Below are positions 25,733 to 30,650 of a stretch of DNA of 30,650 bases, piece after piece. A program made the translations under genes and the position numbers. The first letter of the stretch is position 1. Every line of letters starts with the position of its first letter. The notes beneath the pieces are model-generated. The model ran no database searches. It had not been told where the DNA came from and saw only the letters and a program-made list of their open reading frames with translations. Source of the stretch: Rhodospirillales bacterium. GTDB lineage: Bacteria; Pseudomonadota; Alphaproteobacteria; Geminicoccales; Geminicoccaceae. Location of the stretch: the NCBI GenBank assembly GCA_007131045.1, contig SLRI01000327.1:1-30650 (forward strand), read 5' to 3'.

Positions 25733-26591
25733 AACCGTTCCCATCTTCATTCTCTGCGGCGGGCTCGGCACGCGCCTCGGCGGTGCCGACGGCAGCCGGC
25801 CCAAGCCGCTGCTCGAGATCGGCGATCAGCCGATCGTCACCCACATCATGCGCTCCTACCGGCGCTTCGGCTTTCGCCGCTTCGTCCTCTGCACCGGCCA
25901 CCGGCACGACGTGGTCAGCAGCTATTTTCTCGACTTTCCGGGCATCGCCAACGATTTCACGGTCGATCTCGCGACCCGCGAGGTGCACTACCACCAGACC
26001 TCGGGTGCGCCGGACTGGCAGGTGACCATCGCCCATACCGGGCGGAGCGCGATGACCGGGGCCAGGATCGCCCGGGCGGCGAGCCGCTATCTCGGCGACC
26101 AGCAGCATTTCGGCGTCACCTATGGTGACGGGCTGACCGACGCCGATCTCGGCGCGGAGTTCGCCTTCCACCTCGCGCACCAGAAGCTCGGCACCGTGCT
26201 CGGCGTCCATCCGCCCTCGCAGTTCGGCTGCTTCGAGGTCGACGGCGCCGACGTGCGCGGCTTCGCCGAGAAACCGCTGGCCGAGGCCGGCTGGATCAAC
26301 GGCGGGTTCTTCTTCTTCAGGCGCGGCTTTCTCGCCTATCTCGATCCCCTCTCGAGCTGCGTTCTCGAGCGCGAGCCGCTGCAGCGCCTCGCCCGCGACG
26401 GCGAACTGGAGCTCTTCCGCCACCAGGGTTTCTGGTCCTGCATCGACACGGTGAGCGACCGCGACCGCGTGGCGGCACTCTGCGAGACCGGCTCGACCCC
26501 CTGGCTCGGCGCATCCGCAGGCGTCGTGGACGCGCCGCCCTTCGGCCGGCCCGGAACAAGCGCGGAGGGGTCGGACGATGCAGCTGATTGA
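25713..26591 (+). CDS. rfbF: Glucose-1-phosphate cytidylyltransferase
   Basis: ILCGGLGTRL, PKPLLEIG, MTGARI, TYGDG, FAEKP, WINGGFF, EREPL, HQGFWSCIDT. ATG at 25713 overlaps the end of the upstream gene. Confidence 0.88.
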   Translation: MSCLLPETVPIFILCGGLGTRLGGADGSRPKPLLEIGDQPIVTHIMRSYRRFGFRRFVLCTGHRHDVVSSYFLDFPGIANDFTVDLATREVHYHQTSGAPDWQVTIAHTGRSAMTGARIARAASRYLGDQQHFGVTYGDGLTDADLGAEFAFHLAHQKLGTVLGVHPPSQFGCFEVDGADVRGFAEKPLAEAGWINGGFFFFRRGFLAYLDPLSSCVLEREPLQRLARDGELELFRHQGFWSCIDTVSDRDRVAALCETGSTPWLGASAGVVDAPPFGRPGTSAEGSDDAAD

Positions 26592-26615
26592 GCGGCCGCT
26601 CGGAGCGGCAGCCTG

Positions 26616-27581
26616 ATGCGCGTCCTGCTCACGGGTGCGAGCAGCTTCACCGGTGCGGCGATCGCCCGGGCGCTGGCGACCGCCGGGGCCGAGGTCACGG
26701 CGGTTTGTCGGGGCCGGCCCGAGCTCTACGAGCCGGCCCGCCGGGCGCGGATCGAGGCGGTGGCCGAGGTCGCGGCCGTGGTCTTCGATCGGCCTTTCGG
26801 CAGCTCGGGCTTTCTGCAACTCGTCCGGGGCGCCTTGCCGTTCGATGTGCTCTGCCTGCATCATGCCGAGGTCGGTGATTTTCGACGCGCCGATTTCGAC
26901 CCGATCGACGCGGCGCGCGCCGACACGATGGCGCTGGACGCCGTGCTCGGCGCGCTCGCTCGGCGCGGGCTCCGGCGTCTCGTCCACACCGGCACCGTCT
27001 TCGAGGCGGGCGAGGGCGACGGCGACCGGCCCCTGGCAGCGATCGGCCGCTACGGGCTGGCCAAGACCCTGACCTCGACGATCGTCCGGCACACCGCAGC
27101 CGAGATCGGCGTCTCGGCGATCAAGGTGACCATCCCGAGCCCGTTCGGGGCGGGGCAGGGTGGCGGCTTCGTCGACTACCTGGTGCGCTCGTGGTGCACC
27201 GGTGTGACCCCGGTTCTCGACCATCCCGACCGGATGCGTGATTTCGTGCCCGTCGAGCTCCTGGCCGAGCACTACGCCGGGCTCGCCATGGGGCGGGGTG
27301 TTGCACCCGCCTCCGGTCGGTCGAATCCGAGTGGTCATGTGGAAACGGTGGCGGCCTTCGCCGAGCGGCTGGCCCGGGGGATGCGGCCACGGCTCGGCCT
27401 GCCTTGCTCGATCGAGGCGAGCTCGCCGCCGAAACGGAGTGTCGAGCCGCAGCGTCGCTTCAATACCGAGCCCTTGGCCGGACTCTTCGACCGTGGGCTG
27501 GAGGAGGCGCGCTTCGACCGGCTGGCCCATGCCGCCCGCAGCCTGGTCGCCGACGCTGTCGCGCAAACGAAAGCAGCCTGA
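26616..27581 (+). CDS. NAD-dependent epimerase/dehydratase (extended SDR)
   Basis: LLTGASSFTG, TGTVFE, YGLAK (YxxxK intact), IPSPFG, RDFVPV. Confidence 0.85.
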   Translation: MRVLLTGASSFTGAAIARALATAGAEVTAVCRGRPELYEPARRARIEAVAEVAAVVFDRPFGSSGFLQLVRGALPFDVLCLHHAEVGDFRRADFDPIDAARADTMALDAVLGALARRGLRRLVHTGTVFEAGEGDGDRPLAAIGRYGLAKTLTSTIVRHTAAEIGVSAIKVTIPSPFGAGQGGGFVDYLVRSWCTGVTPVLDHPDRMRDFVPVELLAEHYAGLAMGRGVAPASGRSNPSGHVETVAAFAERLARGMRPRLGLPCSIEASSPPKRSVEPQRRFNTEPLAGLFDRGLEEARFDRLAHAARSLVADAVAQTKAA

Positions 27582-27705
27582 CGAAAAATTCAATTTCTGG
27601 TTGATTTCTCGTCGGCTTCCCCACAAGATCGACACGTCCCCATCGTCGTCCAGCCCCGGCAGACCACAGCGTCGATCGGCGCACACGATGCCAAGGAGCG
27701 GCGGC

Positions 27706-28653
27706 ATGCAGCATGGCGAAATCGGCGTCGTCATCGTCACCCACCGGGCGAAAGAGCTTCTCGCCGGATGCATCGCACCGCTCGCGGCCTCGCCACTCCG
27801 GCCGCGCATTCTCGTGGTCAATTCGAGCTCTGCCGATGGCACGGTCGAGCGGGCGCACGAGTTGGGGGCCCAGACCTGGGTCATCGCACGCTCTAGCTTC
27901 AACCACGGCCGGACGCGGGAACTCGCCCGGCGGCGCCTGGGCACGGCGATCACGGTCATGCTCACCCCCGACGCACACGCCATGGATGACGGCTTTCTCG
28001 AGCGGCTGACAGCACCCTTGCGGCGAGGCGAGGCGGCGGTGTCCTATGGTCGGCAGCTGCCGCGCGCGGGCGCCGATCCGATCGAGGAGTTCAACCGCGC
28101 GTTCAACTATCCGGCCGAGAGCCACAGCCGCGGCCTCGCCGACTGGAAGCGTTACGGCGCCTATACCCATTTCTGCTCGAACAGTTGTGCGGCGTGGTCG
28201 TCGTCGGCGCTCGACGAGATCGGCGGCTTTCCCGCGACCCTGGTGAGCGAGGAGACGATCGCGGCGGCGGCCCTGCTCGAGCGCGGCTACCGTATCGCCT
28301 ATGTCGCCGAGGCCACCGTGCGGCACAGCCACGGCAGCGCCATCGCCGCCGACTTCCGCCGGCAATACGATACGGGCTACGCCCGGCGAGCGCATCGCCA
28401 CTTGCTGCTCGTGCGCGAGCCGGACGAGGCGCGCGGGCTGCTCTATACCAGACGGCTGCTGGCCCATTTGGCGGCAGAAGCACCGGCACTGCTGCCTTAT
28501 GCTCTCCTGCACACGGCCGCCCGCTATGCCGGCTACAGGCTCGGCATGGCAGGGGCGCGGCTGCCGCGCCGGCTGAACGCCGTCTTCAGCGGCCAGGACT
28601 ACTACTGGCAGGACGATGACGAGGTCGGCCCGGTCTCGGCGGCGGCGGGCTGA
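27706..28653 (+). CDS. Family 2 glycosyltransferase (RfbN-like rhamnosyltransferase)
   Basis: VVNSSSADGT, FNHGRTR, MLTPDA, YGRQLP, FCSNSCAAW, EIGGFP, EE, GYRIAYVAEATVRHSH. AAGGAG upstream of ATG 27706. Confidence 0.85.
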   Translation: MQHGEIGVVIVTHRAKELLAGCIAPLAASPLRPRILVVNSSSADGTVERAHELGAQTWVIARSSFNHGRTRELARRRLGTAITVMLTPDAHAMDDGFLERLTAPLRRGEAAVSYGRQLPRAGADPIEEFNRAFNYPAESHSRGLADWKRYGAYTHFCSNSCAAWSSSALDEIGGFPATLVSEETIAAAALLERGYRIAYVAEATVRHSHGSAIAADFRRQYDTGYARRAHRHLLLVREPDEARGLLYTRRLLAHLAAEAPALLPYALLHTAARYAGYRLGMAGARLPRRLNAVFSGQDYYWQDDDEVGPVSAAAG

Positions 28654-28658
28654 GCGGG

Positions 28659-29804
28659 ATGCGGGTCGCACTTTTGACCAACAACCACCTGCCGCCGCGC
28701 GAGGGCATCGGGCGGCACGTGCTCGAGCTCGCCAAGCGGCTGCCGGCCTCGGGCATCGAGCCGCTGATCGTCGCCAAGGGCAAAAATCTCCGCTTCTGGC
28801 ACCGGTTCGAGCTCGAGGGGGTGCCGGTCGCCCTCTTCCCCTATGCCCCGGTCCGGCCCTTTCACCAGGAAGCGATCCGGGCCGTGCTGCAGCCCTGGCT
28901 CGATCGCGGTGCCGAGGGGGCCGGTGTCCTGCATCTGCATCTGCCGCTCTTGCCGCGGCTGAAGACGTCCCTGCCACGGCTCGTCACCTTCCACAGCCCA
29001 CTTTTGGCCGACACCGCGGCGATCCACGAGCCGGGCCTGGTGAGCAAGTTGGTCAAGGCCAATGCGCGGCTGTTCGGCCAAGCCTACGAGCACGCCCAGA
29101 TCAGGGCGGCAGCGGCGATCATCGCCGTCTCGGGCAATGTGCGGGACGAGCTTTGCCGCCAATACCGGCTCGGCGGACAGCAGCCCGTGGTGATCGAGAA
29201 CGGCGTCGACCCGGGCTTCTTCGCGCCGGCTTCAGGGTTCCGGCGCAGGGCCGCGGGTGAGCCCGCGACCATCCTCTATGTCGGCCGGCTCGGCTACCGC
29301 AAGGGTCTCGCCCGGCTGCTCGATGCCATGGCGCTCCTGGCCGAGCGGCGGGGATGCCGGCTCGCACTCGCCGGCGAGGGGCCACTTCAGGGCAAGCTCG
29401 AGGCGCAGGCGCAGCTGCTCGGTATCGCGGATCGGGTGGATTTTCTGGGCTTTCTCGACCGCCGAGCGCTGCGCACGGCGCTCGAGCAGGCAGCCGTGCT
29501 GGTCAATCCAGCCGATTACGAGAGCGGCCCCTTGACCCTGCTCGAGGCCATGGCCGTGGGCACGCCGGTGGTGACCACCCCCACTGGTCTCGTCGGCGAC
29601 CTGCCCACGCCAGCGCCGCTCCTGGTCACCGCACCCGCGCCGGCGGCTCTGGCGGCGGCGATCGGCGCCGTGCTCGAAGCGCCGGACGCGGCGGCGGCCC
29701 GGGCCAGAGCCGCCCGCCGCCTCGTCGAGGCGCGCTTTTCCTGGGATGGCGTGGCGGCGCGCACCGTCGCCCTCTACCAGAGCCTCGTGCGGCGGGCGGC
29801 ATGA
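28659..29804 (+). CDS. Family 4 glycosyltransferase
   Basis: PPREGIGRHV, TFHS, AVSGNV, VIENGVD, YVGRLGYRKG, ExxxxxxxE motif (YESGPLTLLE), RFSWD. Confidence 0.9.
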   Translation: MRVALLTNNHLPPREGIGRHVLELAKRLPASGIEPLIVAKGKNLRFWHRFELEGVPVALFPYAPVRPFHQEAIRAVLQPWLDRGAEGAGVLHLHLPLLPRLKTSLPRLVTFHSPLLADTAAIHEPGLVSKLVKANARLFGQAYEHAQIRAAAAIIAVSGNVRDELCRQYRLGGQQPVVIENGVDPGFFAPASGFRRRAAGEPATILYVGRLGYRKGLARLLDAMALLAERRGCRLALAGEGPLQGKLEAQAQLLGIADRVDFLGFLDRRALRTALEQAAVLVNPADYESGPLTLLEAMAVGTPVVTTPTGLVGDLPTPAPLLVTAPAPAALAAAIGAVLEAPDAAAARARAARRLVEARFSWDGVAARTVALYQSLVRRAA

Positions 29805-29820
29805 CCGCGGGCCGAGCGCG

Positions 29821-30650
29821 ATGAACAGCGCCTTGCCGCAGGATTGCGAACGGCCGCGCGATCTCGTGGTCTGCTTCGGCTTCGCCGCCGAGCGGCGGCG
29901 GCGGCAGCCCTGGCACATGGCGCACGGCCTCGCCACCGGGCTCGCCGCCCGCGGCCGCGAGGTGACCTTGGTGACCGACGTCACCGACCCCGCACCCGCC
30001 GATGCCGGTCCCGATCAGGCCTACGCGATCCGCGCGATCGACTCGCTGCTCCGGCGCGGCCGGCCGAGCCCGGCGCTCGAGGCCGTGAGCCGCGAGATCG
30101 GGCCTGATCGGGTCTATCTGGTGACCGGCGCCTTCGCCATTGCCCGCATGACGCGGCTCGATCTGGGAGCGCCGGTCGACCTCTTGATCGCCAGCCCGCG
30201 CCTCTCGCTGGGCGAGATCCTGGGTGTCGGTCTGGCCGAGCTCTGGCGCGAGCGACGGCTGATGGCGCTGCCGCTGATCAACGCGATCCTGCCCGGCCGG
30301 CTCATCGCCGGCGGCTTTCGCCGCTCGGGTGCCGCCCGGCCGATCTATCTGAGCGAGGCCGGGCGGGAGCGCTATCGCGCACTCGGCCTGCCGTCCGGGC
30401 CGCTGTTGCGGCCGCAGGTCGATCGGCAGGCGAGCTTCGCCCATCCGGCGCTGCAGAGGGCCGAGAGCGGACCGCCCGTGGTGGCCTATCTCGGCCCGCC
30501 TCTGGCGCTCAGAGGCGCCCATCTGGCGCTCGCCGCCTTCGAGGCGGCGGTGGCACGCGGCCTCGATGCGCGGCTGTTGCTGCTGCTCCGACCGGATGTG
30601 GCTCCAGAGGCGATGGCGCGCTTTCTCGCCGAAGTCCGCCGCAGCCCCGC
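29821..30650 (+). CDS. Probable family 4 glycosyltransferase, truncated by the window edge
   Basis: Hand-translated open frame with no stop (MNSALPQD...RRRRQPWHMAHGLATGL...VVAYLGPPLALRGAHLALAAFEAAV); absent from the ORF track. Confidence 0.65.
   Translation, partial: MNSALPQDCERPRDLVVCFGFAAERRRRQPWHMAHGLATGLAARGREVTLVTDVTDPAPADAGPDQAYAIRAIDSLLRRGRPSPALEAVSREIGPDRVYLVTGAFAIARMTRLDLGAPVDLLIASPRLSLGEILGVGLAELWRERRLMALPLINAILPGRLIAGGFRRSGAARPIYLSEAGRERYRALGLPSGPLLRPQVDRQASFAHPALQRAESGPPVVAYLGPPLALRGAHLALAAFEAAVARGLDARLLLLLRPDVAPEAMARFLAEVRRSP

Noticed and set aside
1-30650. Search for CRISPR arrays, tRNA, rRNA, riboswitches, prophage or defence genes
   Set aside because: No regularly spaced repeats or recognisable RNA signatures were found by eye; an Infernal or tRNAscan run would be needed to exclude them formally.

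Overview
High-GC (about 70%, estimated by eye) chromosomal window from an alphaproteobacterium, probably a Rhodospirillales/Geminicoccales-like anoxygenic phototroph (taxonomy inferred from gene content only). Left to right: a 2OG-Fe(II) oxygenase; an orphan Flp pilin with a perfect CtrA box; dusA; a detached photosynthesis sub-cluster (crtB-crtI-bchO-bchD-bchI, divergent idi) with two PpsR/CrtJ palindromes and an unannotated 48-aa membrane ORF coupled to crtB; an IS1595-type element with recognisable inverted repeats whose transposase lacks its catalytic residues; acyl-CoA dehydrogenase, an Fnr/FixK-box alcohol dehydrogenase and an amidase; a cell-cycle/flagellar block (sciP, flgE, flgD, fliK, dksA, moeB, FlhB-like, hypothetical, fliO, fliP) with readable CtrA and sigma54/FlbD-type sites; an FAD oxidase and an HDAC-family deacetylase; and the start of a surface-polysaccharide cluster (catalytically degenerate RfbG homolog, rfbF, SDR, GT2, two GT4). 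No rRNA, tRNA or CRISPR array was seen. Most genes belong to well-known families. The most unusual items are the crtB-coupled micro-protein, the intact but catalytically dead transposase, the RfbG pseudoenzyme and the regulatory architecture. All family calls come from motif recognition, with no database search.
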